Part shown: positions 27,613 to 36,684 of the stretch, piece after piece
How positions within the stretch are numbered: the stretch's first letter is position 1
Layout of the letters: each line of letters opens with the position of its first letter
Origin: Verrucomicrobiota bacterium
GTDB taxonomy: Bacteria; Verrucomicrobiota; Verrucomicrobiia; Opitutales; Opitutaceae
Length of the DNA stretch: 58,724 nucleotides
Direction: 5' to 3'
Assembly: GCA_025352985.1 (NCBI GenBank)
Contig: JANXRL010000157.1
Coordinates: 1 to 58,724, forward strand
Made by a program: the position numbers and the translations under genes
The notes under the pieces: generated by a model
Databases searched by the model: none
Seen by the model: only the letters and a program-made list of their open reading frames with translations
What the model was told of the DNA's origin: nothing

Positions 27613-29961
27613 ATGACCCCCGACCGCCAAACCAGCATCGCCCGCGTCCTCCTGCTCTTTTTCGCGGTCATGGGTCTGTCGTGGCTTTCGAGCCTCAACT
27701 TCTCCGAAAAAATATCCACCAACGTCGCCGATCTCATCCCCACCGACGAACGCTCTCCCGAGATCTCCCTCCTCCGCTCCCTCGCCGACGAACGCCAGGC
27801 CCGCGTCCTCCTCTTCGCGCTCAACGCCCCCGCTTCGTCCGCCCCCTCGCCTGACGCCGCCGCCACCCTCTTCGCCGCCACCCTCCGCCAGTCCCCTCTC
27901 TTCGCCGAAGTCGCCCTGCTCCGCGACACCGCCTCGCACGACGCCCTCGGCCGTTTCATCTACGAGCGCCGCCTCGACCTGCTGCTCCCCACCTGGCTCG
28001 CCACCCAGAAAAAAGCCTACGCCACCACCGGCCGCCCAGCTTCCGACTACACTGCCTGGCTCGCCCAAAAAACCGTCCAGTCCCTTGACGCCTTCCTCGC
28101 CCAGCCCGAAGCCTCCGCCTTCCAAGCCCTCGTAAAAAGCGACCCTCTTCTCCTCGTCCCGACCCTCGCGCAACAATCCCAATCGCTCGCGCCCGCCACC
28201 TCCGCCGCCACCGGCCAAGCCCTCGTCTGGGCGCGGTTGTCCGTCTCCCCGCTCGCCGACGAAGGCCAGGACCCCGTCTTCGCCGTGATTGACCAAGCCC
28301 TCGCCACCGTCCGCCTCGCGCACCCCGGCGCCACCTTGGAATGGTCGGGCGTCAACCGCTTCGCCGCCGACAGCAAACACCGCATCCGCGCCGAGCTGTC
28401 ATGGCTCAACACCCTCTCGCTCCTCGCCGTCCTCGCCATCGCGCTCCTCTTCGTCCGCCAAGTCTGGAAAGCCCTCCACCTCGCCCCCGTCATCCTGTTC
28501 TCCCTCCTCGGCGGCTGGGTCGCGGTCACGCTGTTTTTCACGCACGTCCACATCCTCGTCTTCGTCCTCGGCGCGCTTCTCGCCGGCGTCGCCATCGACT
28601 ACGGTTTTTATCTTTATCTCCAGCCGCCGCTCCGCCCCGGCGAGCCCTTCCGCGAAAAACTGGATCGCCTCCTCAAGCCCCTCCTCACGAGCTGCCTCAC
28701 CACCGTCATCGGCTTCTCGTTTCTCCTCTGGTCTGAACTCCCGCTCATCCGCCAGCTCGGCGTCTTCGTCAGCGCCGGCCTCCTCAGCGCGCTCGCCGCC
28801 GCGATCCTCTACTTCGCCCAAATTAAAAACCCGTTTCTCCAAGCTCGCGCCCTCTCTCTCCCGAAAACCCCCACGCCCGCCAGCCGCCGCCTCGTCCGCG
28901 CCCTCGGCCTCCTCGCCCTCGCCGTCGCCCTCACCGGACCGTGGTTCCTCAAGTGGCACGACGATATTCACCAGCTCGACGTCCCCAACCCCGCGCTCGT
29001 CGCCAACGACCAACACCTCCGCACCCTTTTCGGCGACACCGAGGGCCGCTCCATCTACATCACCCGCGCCGATTCCCTCGTCGCCGCCCGCGACCGCCTC
29101 GCCGCGTTCCAATCGTGGCACGACCACGCCTTCCCCGACGCCCCGCTCGCCAGCGCCGGCCTGATCCTCCCCACCGAAGCCGATTATCTCGCCCAACCCG
29201 CCCTGCTCGCCGACCTGCAAGATTTCGAACCCCGCCTCCGCGCCGCCCTCGATCAAAACGGCTACACCCCCGACTCCTTCGCCCCCTTCTTCCAAGCCTG
29301 GCGCCAACACCTCTCCGTTCTCTCAACTCTCAGCCCTCAACTCTCAACTTCAGCCTACACCTCCCTCGGCGCCGATCTCCAAGCCCGCCTCACCGGCCCG
29401 CTCGGCATGCTTTTCTTCACCGGCGGCAAACAAGTCTGGTTCCTTTCCCTCGCCGATCACCTGCCCGCCGTCCAGCCGCCCGCCGACCTCGGCACCGTCG
29501 GCACCGACCAGCTCCAGACCCTCAACACCCTTTTCACCCGCTACCGCGCCAGCGCCCTCCGCCTCAGCCTCTGCGGACTCGGCCTCATCGGCCTCAGCGT
29601 GTTCGTCCTCTACGGCTTCCGCCGCGGCCTGCGCATTTTCATGATTCCGTCCGGCGCGTGCTTCTTCGCCTTCGGTCTGCTCGGCCTCACCGGCCACACC
29701 CTCAACCTCTTCCATCTCCTCGGCGCCTTCCTCGGCGTGTGCCTGAGCCACAACTACGCGATCTTCTCCGCCGAAAACGCCGGTCGCGGCGAACCTCCGC
29801 CCATCTCCATCCGCCTCTCCGCCCTCTGCACCGCCGCGTCCTTCGGCGTGCTCGCGCTCAGCTACATTCCCGTCGTCGCCGCGCTCGGCTCGACTGTCGC
29901 CCTCATCGTGCTCACCGCCCTTGTCATGGTTGAACTGGAGCCGCTGAGCCGAAAAAACTAA
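27613..29961 (+). CDS. MMPL/RND-family exporter (ApeM-like)
   Basis: GVAIDY, SCLTTVIGF and LIRQLG motifs; two TM bundles. Confidence 0.88.
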   Translation: MTPDRQTSIARVLLLFFAVMGLSWLSSLNFSEKISTNVADLIPTDERSPEISLLRSLADERQARVLLFALNAPASSAPSPDAAATLFAATLRQSPLFAEVALLRDTASHDALGRFIYERRLDLLLPTWLATQKKAYATTGRPASDYTAWLAQKTVQSLDAFLAQPEASAFQALVKSDPLLLVPTLAQQSQSLAPATSAATGQALVWARLSVSPLADEGQDPVFAVIDQALATVRLAHPGATLEWSGVNRFAADSKHRIRAELSWLNTLSLLAVLAIALLFVRQVWKALHLAPVILFSLLGGWVAVTLFFTHVHILVFVLGALLAGVAIDYGFYLYLQPPLRPGEPFREKLDRLLKPLLTSCLTTVIGFSFLLWSELPLIRQLGVFVSAGLLSALAAAILYFAQIKNPFLQARALSLPKTPTPASRRLVRALGLLALAVALTGPWFLKWHDDIHQLDVPNPALVANDQHLRTLFGDTEGRSIYITRADSLVAARDRLAAFQSWHDHAFPDAPLASAGLILPTEADYLAQPALLADLQDFEPRLRAALDQNGYTPDSFAPFFQAWRQHLSVLSTLSPQLSTSAYTSLGADLQARLTGPLGMLFFTGGKQVWFLSLADHLPAVQPPADLGTVGTDQLQTLNTLFTRYRASALRLSLCGLGLIGLSVFVLYGFRRGLRIFMIPSGACFFAFGLLGLTGHTLNLFHLLGAFLGVCLSHNYAIFSAENAGRGEPPPISIRLSALCTAASFGVLALSYIPVVAALGSTVALIVLTALVMVELEPLSRKN
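29320..29347 (+). repeat. Heptamer tandem repeat (CTCTCAA/G)x4 inside the MMPL gene
   Basis: CTCTCAA CTCTCAG CCCTCAA CTCTCAA; same family as 49521-49548. Confidence 0.75.
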
Positions 29962-29966
29962 CACTC

Positions 29967-31349
29967 ATGGCCGCCACGTTGACCGCCACCTGGGCCGCCT
30001 TGGTCCGTGCCCACCCCGACGCCCTCGCCCTCGTGGAAGCCGCCCACGCCCGCGCCTGGACCCGCGCCGACCTCACCGCCCACGCCGAAAAATGGCGCGC
30101 CGCCCTGCCCTCCTCCGTAACCGGCCGGCGCGTAACCTTTGCCCTCCCCAACGGTCCCGACTGGTTCGCCGCCTTCCTCGGCCTACTCCTCGCCGAAGCC
30201 GTTCCCGTCCCCCTCGATCCCTCCGAGCCCGCCTCCGCCCAACGCCTCCTCGCCGCCTCCGCCGGCGCCTCCTTCGCCCTAATCGCCGACCACCTCGAAC
30301 CCATCGAATGTCACCTAATAGGTGACATCACCGCCTCCAAATTTTCGTTCAACACCAATAAAATCCCAGAAAAGTGTCACCTATTAGGTGACACTTTTTC
30401 GGACATATGCCTCGTGAAACTTACCTCCGGCAGCACCGGCGCCCGGCGCGCCCTCGCGTTTACCCACGCCCAGATGCTCGCCGACGGACGCCAAGTCTGC
30501 GCCAGCATGGGCATCACGCCCGACGATCTTAACTTCGCCGTCATCCCCTTCGGCCATTCCTACGGCCTCGGAAATCTCGTTATCCCGCTCCTCGCCCAAG
30601 GCACCCCCATCGTCTGCGCAAGCGTGCCCCTGCCCCACGCGCTCGCCGCCGACATCGCCCGCTGGCGGCCCACCGTTTTCCCCGCCGTGCCCGCGCTTCT
30701 GCGGGTGCTCGCCTCCGCCGATCTTCCGCCCGACTCCCTCGCTCCCCTCCGCATGGTCATCTCCGCCGGCGCCCCGCTCGCCCCCGAAATCGCCCGGGCC
30801 TTCCACGCAAAATTCTCCCTCACGCCTCACGGCTTCTACGGCTCTAGCGAAACCGGCGGCCTCACCTACGACCACTCCGGCGAAGCCACCCTCGCCGGTC
30901 GCAGCGTCGGCACCCCACTCGACGGCGTCGCCCTCACCCCCGCCCGTGATCAGCGCTTTCTCGCAACAAGTCCCGCAGTATTTGGCAACGGCTCCTTCAG
31001 TCCCCCCGACCTCGCCACCGTCAACGACCTCGGCGAACTCGTCCTCCACGGCCGCACCGGCCGCACCGTGAAAATCGCCGGACGCCGCCTCGACCTCGCC
31101 GGCTTGGAACAGCTTTTTCTCACCGTGCCCGGCGTGCTCGACGCCTTCATCACCCCCCATCCGCAGACGCCCGACGAACTCGCCGCCGTCGTCGCCACCC
31201 AGCTAACCGCCGCCGAACTACGCACCCGTCTCCGCGCCTGTCTCGCATCGTGGAAAATGCCCCGCCGCCTCGTCCTCGTGCCCGAGTTCCCTCTCACCGC
31301 GCGCGGTAAGCCCGACACCCAGGCGCTTCACGCTTTGCTCATTCGCTGA
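29967..31349 (+). CDS. AMP-dependent acyl/aryl-ACP ligase (ApeH/XanA2-like role)
   Basis: LTSGSTG, GHSYG, SAGAPL, FYGSSETG and TARGK motifs. Confidence 0.9.
   Translation: MAATLTATWAALVRAHPDALALVEAAHARAWTRADLTAHAEKWRAALPSSVTGRRVTFALPNGPDWFAAFLGLLLAEAVPVPLDPSEPASAQRLLAASAGASFALIADHLEPIECHLIGDITASKFSFNTNKIPEKCHLLGDTFSDICLVKLTSGSTGARRALAFTHAQMLADGRQVCASMGITPDDLNFAVIPFGHSYGLGNLVIPLLAQGTPIVCASVPLPHALAADIARWRPTVFPAVPALLRVLASADLPPDSLAPLRMVISAGAPLAPEIARAFHAKFSLTPHGFYGSSETGGLTYDHSGEATLAGRSVGTPLDGVALTPARDQRFLATSPAVFGNGSFSPPDLATVNDLGELVLHGRTGRTVKIAGRRLDLAGLEQLFLTVPGVLDAFITPHPQTPDELAAVVATQLTAAELRTRLRACLASWKMPRRLVLVPEFPLTARGKPDTQALHALLIR
30308..30398. repeat. Palindromic doublet (TGTCACCTAWTAGGTGACA) translated in frame
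   Basis: Perfect-arm palindromes at 30308-30328 and 30370-30398 with a 41-nt AT-rich spacer. Confidence 0.9.
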
Positions 31350-31359
31350 ACCATCATCC

Positions 31360-32751
31360 GTGAAACCGCCCTTCGCCCTCACCTCGCTCACCGCGCGCTT
31401 CAAGCCTCATTTCTGGCTCAAGCAAAGCGGCACGTTTGCGATCATGACCGGATTTTTCGCGCTTTATTTCACGGTTCTGAATCACCCGATATTCCCCGTC
31501 ACGCTCATGCCGCTCACCGCCGTGGACCGATGGATCGGTTTCCAGCCGGCCGCGCTGATTTTCTACGTGTCCCTTTGGATTTACGTGCCCCTCCTGCCCT
31601 CGCTCATGATCGACCGGCGCGAACTCTGGCGCTACGCCGCCGCCGTCGGCGTCCTCAGCTTCATCGGCTTGGGCATTTTCGTCCTGTGGCCGACGACTAT
31701 CCCCCGCCCCAACATCGACTGGGCGCAATACCCTTCGCTCGCGTTCCTCAAGACCATCGACGCCACCGGCAACGCCTGTCCTTCCCTCCACGTCGCCTTC
31801 GCCGTTTTTACCGCGCTCGGTTTCGACTGCCTGTTACGCAGGCTCGGCGCCGGCCCGCTAAGCCGTGTGACCAACCTCGCCTGGGGCGCCGGCATCCTTT
31901 ACTCCACGCTCGCGACCAAACAACACGTCGCGCTCGACGCTCTCGGCGGCCTCGTCCTCGGCGCCACCGTGGCCGCCGCCTTCTTTTTCAAACACCGGCT
32001 CATCTCCCTCGTCGTCGTAACCAAACTCTCCGCGCTCGCGTTGTGGCTGGCGGGCCTTCCACTTCCCTGGGCGCTCGCCGTGTTTCTGCTCACGGACGGT
32101 GCCGTGATTTACGCGCTTTTCGTCCCCCGCTCCCGCTTTCTCTTTCCGGTCTTCACCCGGTTTCAAACCAACCACTCCGAAGTCTGGCTGACCATCGACG
32201 ACGGCCCCGACGAACACGACACGCCGCTCCTCCTCGACCTCCTTGACCGGCATCAGGCCAAGGCCACGTTTTTCGTGATCGGCGCACGCGCCGCCCGCCA
32301 TCCCGCACTCGTCGCCGAAATCCAACGACGCGGACACGAGGTCGGCCATCACACCCACACGCACCCGCTCGCCTTTTTTTGGCTTTTTCCTCCGGCGCGC
32401 GTGCATCGTGAACTCGACGACGCCCTCGTCACGCTCGGCCAGGTCGGCGTGCGCCCGAGCCGTTTCCGCACCCCCGCAGGCATCAAAAATCTATTTCTCG
32501 CCGCCGCCCTCGAATCCCGCGGACTGACCTGCATCGGTTGGAACGTGCGCAGTAGCGACACCTTTGCCCGCGATCCGCAAACGGTGGTAAAGCGCGTCAT
32601 CCGGCGCGTGCGCCCCGGTGCCGTCATCCTCATGCACGAAGGCCCCCGACTCGCCCCCCGCGTGCGCGTCGAAGCCATCTCTCAACTCCTCGCCGCCCTC
32701 ACCGCACGCGGCTTCCGCTGCATCGTGCCGACACCGGAGCAACTGCGTTAA
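31360..32751 (+). CDS. PAP2-like membrane domain fused to a NodB polysaccharide deacetylase
   Basis: N-half NACPSLHVA and STLATKQHVALD; C-half TIDDGP, HTHTH, FRTPAG, LMHEG; GTG start. Confidence 0.85.
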   Translation: MKPPFALTSLTARFKPHFWLKQSGTFAIMTGFFALYFTVLNHPIFPVTLMPLTAVDRWIGFQPAALIFYVSLWIYVPLLPSLMIDRRELWRYAAAVGVLSFIGLGIFVLWPTTIPRPNIDWAQYPSLAFLKTIDATGNACPSLHVAFAVFTALGFDCLLRRLGAGPLSRVTNLAWGAGILYSTLATKQHVALDALGGLVLGATVAAAFFFKHRLISLVVVTKLSALALWLAGLPLPWALAVFLLTDGAVIYALFVPRSRFLFPVFTRFQTNHSEVWLTIDDGPDEHDTPLLLDLLDRHQAKATFFVIGARAARHPALVAEIQRRGHEVGHHTHTHPLAFFWLFPPARVHRELDDALVTLGQVGVRPSRFRTPAGIKNLFLAAALESRGLTCIGWNVRSSDTFARDPQTVVKRVIRRVRPGAVILMHEGPRLAPRVRVEAISQLLAALTARGFRCIVPTPEQLR

Positions 32752-33695
32752 CGCACCGCCACCAACGTCGCCTCCACCTCGATCAGCAGCGCCGCCCGGC
32801 AGATATCCGTGTGCAGCCAGATGACGTAATCACCCGGCAATACCAGCCGCCCCGCCAGCGCCGCCGCCGCCGCCTCGTAGTCGCGCGCATCACGCAGATA
32901 AATTTTAAAATGCCGCTCCCACCCGCCGCCCGCACCCAGGTTTTCCCCCAGTTCGCAACCGCGCGAGATGATTTTGAAATTGTCCACCATGCAGTCGATC
33001 TGCCCGCCGAGATCGCCCGGCGCGATGGTCGCATGACCCTTGATCGCCGCCGTTCCCGAAACAAAAACCCACGGTCGCCCCGCATCCTCCGCCTGCGTCG
33101 CCCGCGCGAAACTCGGGGCGCGCGGCCCATGCTCCGGCGGATAAGCGTAAGACGGAACCTGCTCCGGATTCTCGACGTGGCGCGGCTTGCGCGAAGTCGT
33201 CGCAAACATCACGGCCAGCTCCCCAGCCGGCCCTCCCACCGCCGAAGCCGAGGGCAACTTTTCGCGACAGTCCGCGCCCAGCCCGGCCTCGAACGCACGC
33301 GAGCGCCCCGCGCAAAACGCCCGGTAGTTTTCCAAGCCATCGGCGGAGAACGCGTTGATCTTCGGCACGTAGTTCCAGATGCGCGCCAAGTGCCGCCCTT
33401 GCGCGACGCGCAGCAACCGCTCGTAAAGCCGCCGCGTCTGTCCGGCAAGGTCCGCCTGCACCGGCTCGACCACCGCCCCGATCAAAAAATCCCCCTGCTG
33501 AAACATTTGAAACCCTTCGCTCAACCCGAAGAACATCGCACCCCGAAAAAGCGTTTCATGTGTTCCTCCCGCCAGCACGGGAATCGACACCGCCAGCGCA
33601 TCCGCCGATGATCGAAGCCCTCCAAACTGCACCTCAAACCCATTCTTGGAATTGGGAGCCGCCATCATGATGGGCGAATGAGGAGGACGGTTCAT
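32748..33695 (-). CDS. Chorismatase (FkbO/Hyg5/XanB2 family)
   Basis: RIWNYVPKIN, ENYRAFC, ENPEQ, PSFARAT, SGTAAIKGH, DICRAALLIEVE. Start uncertain (33695 or 33668). Confidence 0.9.
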   Translation of the reverse strand: MNRPPHSPIMMAAPNSKNGFEVQFGGLRSSADALAVSIPVLAGGTHETLFRGAMFFGLSEGFQMFQQGDFLIGAVVEPVQADLAGQTRRLYERLLRVAQGRHLARIWNYVPKINAFSADGLENYRAFCAGRSRAFEAGLGADCREKLPSASAVGGPAGELAVMFATTSRKPRHVENPEQVPSYAYPPEHGPRAPSFARATQAEDAGRPWVFVSGTAAIKGHATIAPGDLGGQIDCMVDNFKIISRGCELGENLGAGGGWERHFKIYLRDARDYEAAAAALAGRLVLPGDYVIWLHTDICRAALLIEVEATLVAVR

Positions 33696-33836
33696 AGGCG
33701 GTCAGAATGAAGGATTCGCAGGGAATAACACGAGGGTGGTTTCTCGCCTTTGCATTAAATCCTTAAACTTCACAGACACGAGTTCACCCTTGCGACACCG
33801 AGAGCCCTGCTCCGGACTTCCGCCGCCCCCCAACGC

Positions 33837-35087
33837 ATGACACCCTTCGAACTCTCCGTCCGGTTTTTCCTTCAACTGGTCGTCATCCTCAGCGTGTGCC
33901 GTGCGGTGGGCTGGATCGCCTCCCGTTTCGGGCAGCCGCCCGTGGTGGGCGAGATGATCGCCGGCGTGCTCCTCGGGCCGTCCCTCTTCGGCCTGCTCGC
34001 GCCCGAATGGCAGGCGATGCTGTTCCCCAAGAACTCAAAACCCATCCTTTTCGCCGTCGCCCAGATCGGCCTCGTGCTCTACATGTTTGTCGTCGGACTG
34101 GAGTTCAGGATAGACCTCGTGCGCAGCCGTCTCCACAGCGCGCTCGCGATTTCGCTTTCCGGCATTGTGGCACCCTTCGCCTTCGGCTGTCTGCTCGCGA
34201 CTTGGCTGCTCCGGCGCGACGGCTTTTTCAGCCCCGGCGTGACCGCCCTCCAAGCCGTGCCCTACCTCGGGGCGGCCATGGCGATCACCGCGTTTCCCAT
34301 GCTCGCGCGCATCATCGTGGAGCGCGGACTCACCGGCACCACGGTGGGCGCGCTTTCGCTCGCCGCCGGCGCGATCGATGACGCCGCCGCGTGGTGCGTG
34401 CTCGCGCTGGTTCTCTCGAGCTTTGCCAACGATCCGAAAATCGCCCTCTTCGCCATCGGCGGCAGCGTGCTGCTGGTCGCATTGCTTTTCACCCTCGGCA
34501 GGCGCGTGCTCGGGGCCATCGCCGCCCGTGCCGAACGCAGCGACAAGGACAACCAACAGATGTTTGGCTGGATGCTCGTGCTGCTCATGTTCGCCGCGTG
34601 GTTCACCGACAGCATCGGCATCTACGCGGTATTCGGCGCCTTCGTGCTCGGCGCGGCCGTGCCGCGCGGCAAGTTCACCGAATCCCTCCGCGCCAAGATC
34701 GAGCCGCTCACCACGAATCTGCTGCTCCCGCTCTTCTTTATCTACTCGGGCCTCAACACGCGCTTCGATCTCGTGAACGACGCCGGCCTCTGGCTGGTCG
34801 CCGCCGCCGTGCTGGCCGCCGCCGTCATTGGCAAGACTGGCGCGTGCTACCTCGCGGCGCGTGCCTGCGGGGAGTCGCACCGCGAAGCCTTCGGCGTGGG
34901 CGCGCTGATGAACGCGCGCGGCCTCATGGAATTGATCATCCTCAACATCGGCCTCGAACGCGGACTCATCACGCCCACGCTCTTCACGATCATGGTGTTC
35001 ATGGCCATCGCCACGACGCTCATGGCCACGCCAATGTTCAACTGGGGCTACGGCCGGCGCGCTGAACCCGTGCCGCCAAAAATTTAA
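33837..35087 (+). CDS. Cation:proton antiporter (CPA2)
   Basis: QPPVVGEMIAGVLLGPS, TAFPMLARI, IDD and MNARGLMEL motifs. Confidence 0.92.
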   Translation: MTPFELSVRFFLQLVVILSVCRAVGWIASRFGQPPVVGEMIAGVLLGPSLFGLLAPEWQAMLFPKNSKPILFAVAQIGLVLYMFVVGLEFRIDLVRSRLHSALAISLSGIVAPFAFGCLLATWLLRRDGFFSPGVTALQAVPYLGAAMAITAFPMLARIIVERGLTGTTVGALSLAAGAIDDAAAWCVLALVLSSFANDPKIALFAIGGSVLLVALLFTLGRRVLGAIAARAERSDKDNQQMFGWMLVLLMFAAWFTDSIGIYAVFGAFVLGAAVPRGKFTESLRAKIEPLTTNLLLPLFFIYSGLNTRFDLVNDAGLWLVAAAVLAAAVIGKTGACYLAARACGESHREAFGVGALMNARGLMELIILNIGLERGLITPTLFTIMVFMAIATTLMATPMFNWGYGRRAEPVPPKI

Positions 35088-35260
35088 CTGCAAAAACGTC
35101 GAGGGAAGTTTCTCCCGGCGGCGTGTCACGCGGTGAATCATCATCCTAAAATGAACACCTCCCGCTCTCTCCACCTCGCCGAAGCCTGCGCGCCAGGCGC
35201 CCCCGCGCCCGCCGCCAAACTCAACGTCACCGCACGCGTAAAAACGGCTAGGCTCCCGCA

Positions 35261-36313
35261 TCACACAAGGTGCCAAAGCCCCCGCGCCGTCCAAAACGCC
35301 CCCAATAAAATCAACAGCCCCGACGAAAGATAAGGCGCGTTGCGTGCGAGCTTCGCGATTCGCGGCGACGCTTTCGTCGCTCGATTCAAGCTCCACGCCG
35401 CCACCACGCCCACGGTCACCAACGTCACGGCAAGCCCCACGCTGAACGCACCGACCAACGCAAAACCCAACGTGTATTTTTTCAGCTGAAGGCAGATCAG
35501 TAAAATGGAAAACGCCGCCGGGCACGGCATCAGCCCGCCGGTCAGCCCGAACAACACGATCTGACCCGTCGTCACCTGGCGTCCCTCAAACCGGTCTTTG
35601 ATTTGGGCCGCATGTATCCGCGAATGAGCATCGTCGTCACCGTCGGCGTGGTCGTGGCTGTGCCCCTCGGCGAACTCCGTCTTCAGCGTGATCGCCTTTT
35701 CACCGGTGATAAAAATCTCCGCCGTGAACTCATGTGGCTCTGGAATCTCGTCTCTAGATTCCAGAAACCCCGGCTTCGCCACAAACTCAAACACCTGGAC
35801 CACGCCCTCGGGCCGATGCGTGGTCACCCCGACCGCCGCGCCCTCCAAAACAGTCGGCAAGTTCACGCGGAAGCGGGGCGGCACACCCTCCTCGAAGACA
35901 TCTAGGCTCACCTCGCCGTATTCGGTCGCGAAGGTTTTTTTCTCGTCATGGTGGCGGTGCGCATGACCGCTGCGCTCCCGGCGAATCCGCCACAGTGTCC
36001 ACACCGCCATGCCGATGACAAGGATGCCCGTGCCGAGCTGGAGATAAGGCTCCGTCGATTCCACGTTCCACTGGCTGCCATAGCGCAGCGCTGCCGCCGC
36101 TAGTGCCCAGATGATTAATGTGTGCGATAACGCCGCCGAAAGCCCCAGCAGCGCCGCCTGCACCACCGTGCCGCGCACCGCGATGATGAACGCCGCCATC
36201 ATGGTCTTTGAGTGGCCCGGCTCCAGCCCGTGCAACGCCCCCAGCAAAAGCGCAGTGGGAACATATAACCAAGCATGAGCCGCTCCTTGCTGCAAAAGCA
36301 TGTTGAAATCCAT
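35261..36313 (-). CDS. rcnA: Nickel/cobalt efflux transporter RcnA with inserted soluble domain
   Basis: GALHGLEPGHSKTMM, His-rich loops, GLMPCPAA; insert FEEGVPPRFR...EIPEPHEF. Confidence 0.92.
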   Translation of the reverse strand: MDFNMLLQQGAAHAWLYVPTALLLGALHGLEPGHSKTMMAAFIIAVRGTVVQAALLGLSAALSHTLIIWALAAAALRYGSQWNVESTEPYLQLGTGILVIGMAVWTLWRIRRERSGHAHRHHDEKKTFATEYGEVSLDVFEEGVPPRFRVNLPTVLEGAAVGVTTHRPEGVVQVFEFVAKPGFLESRDEIPEPHEFTAEIFITGEKAITLKTEFAEGHSHDHADGDDDAHSRIHAAQIKDRFEGRQVTTGQIVLFGLTGGLMPCPAAFSILLICLQLKKYTLGFALVGAFSVGLAVTLVTVGVVAAWSLNRATKASPRIAKLARNAPYLSSGLLILLGAFWTARGLWHLV

Positions 36314-36319
36314 GCATGG

Positions 36320-36349
36320 ATTATACCCCCACCCCCCATACTTCTACAA
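36320..36349 (-). promoter_or_regulatory. rcnA promoter with G-tract operator
   Basis: Minus strand TTGTAG-N18-TATAAT; spacer contains G6-T-G5; ATG begins 7 nt after the -10 box. Confidence 0.7.
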
Positions 36350-36399
36350 GCCGGATTATTCCATTTGTTTCCCGTTCCCTGAGGGCATAGTTCATACCC

Positions 36400-36684
36400 A
36401 TGTCACACCATTCTGCCCACCCCGAAGCCGAACGCCGCGCCCTCCAGCTCCGCCTGCGCAAGATCGCCGGACAGCTCAAAGGCGTCGAAGGCATGCTTGA
36501 GCGCGACTGCGACTGCGCTGAGGTTCTGAACCAGTTGATCTCCGCCCGCCGCGCCCTGAAATCCCTCTCCGAAAAAATCATCAACGATCATCTCCAGCAC
36601 TGTATCACCGAAGCCGGCAACCCCGAGGAAGGCCGCCGCGCCCTCCGCGAACTCGCGACCGTCTTGAAACGTTATACCGATTGA
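36400..36684 (+). CDS. RcnR/CsoR family metal-sensing repressor
   Basis: RLRKIAGQLKGV, CAEVLNQL, DHLQHC, N-terminal His residues; divergent from rcnA. Confidence 0.92.
   Translation: MSHHSAHPEAERRALQLRLRKIAGQLKGVEGMLERDCDCAEVLNQLISARRALKSLSEKIINDHLQHCITEAGNPEEGRRALRELATVLKRYTD

Larger units (their letters stand above)
17795..35087. other. Aryl-polyene/xanthomonadin-like type II PKS-lipid biosynthetic gene cluster
   Basis: Fourteen tightly spaced + strand genes, several with ATGA overlaps, plus a convergent chorismatase and an antiporter. Boundaries are inferred. Confidence 0.85.

Noticed and set aside
35133-35333. Short ORF between the antiporter and rcnA
   Set aside because: No recognisable motif, and it overlaps the rcnA 3' end in antisense.
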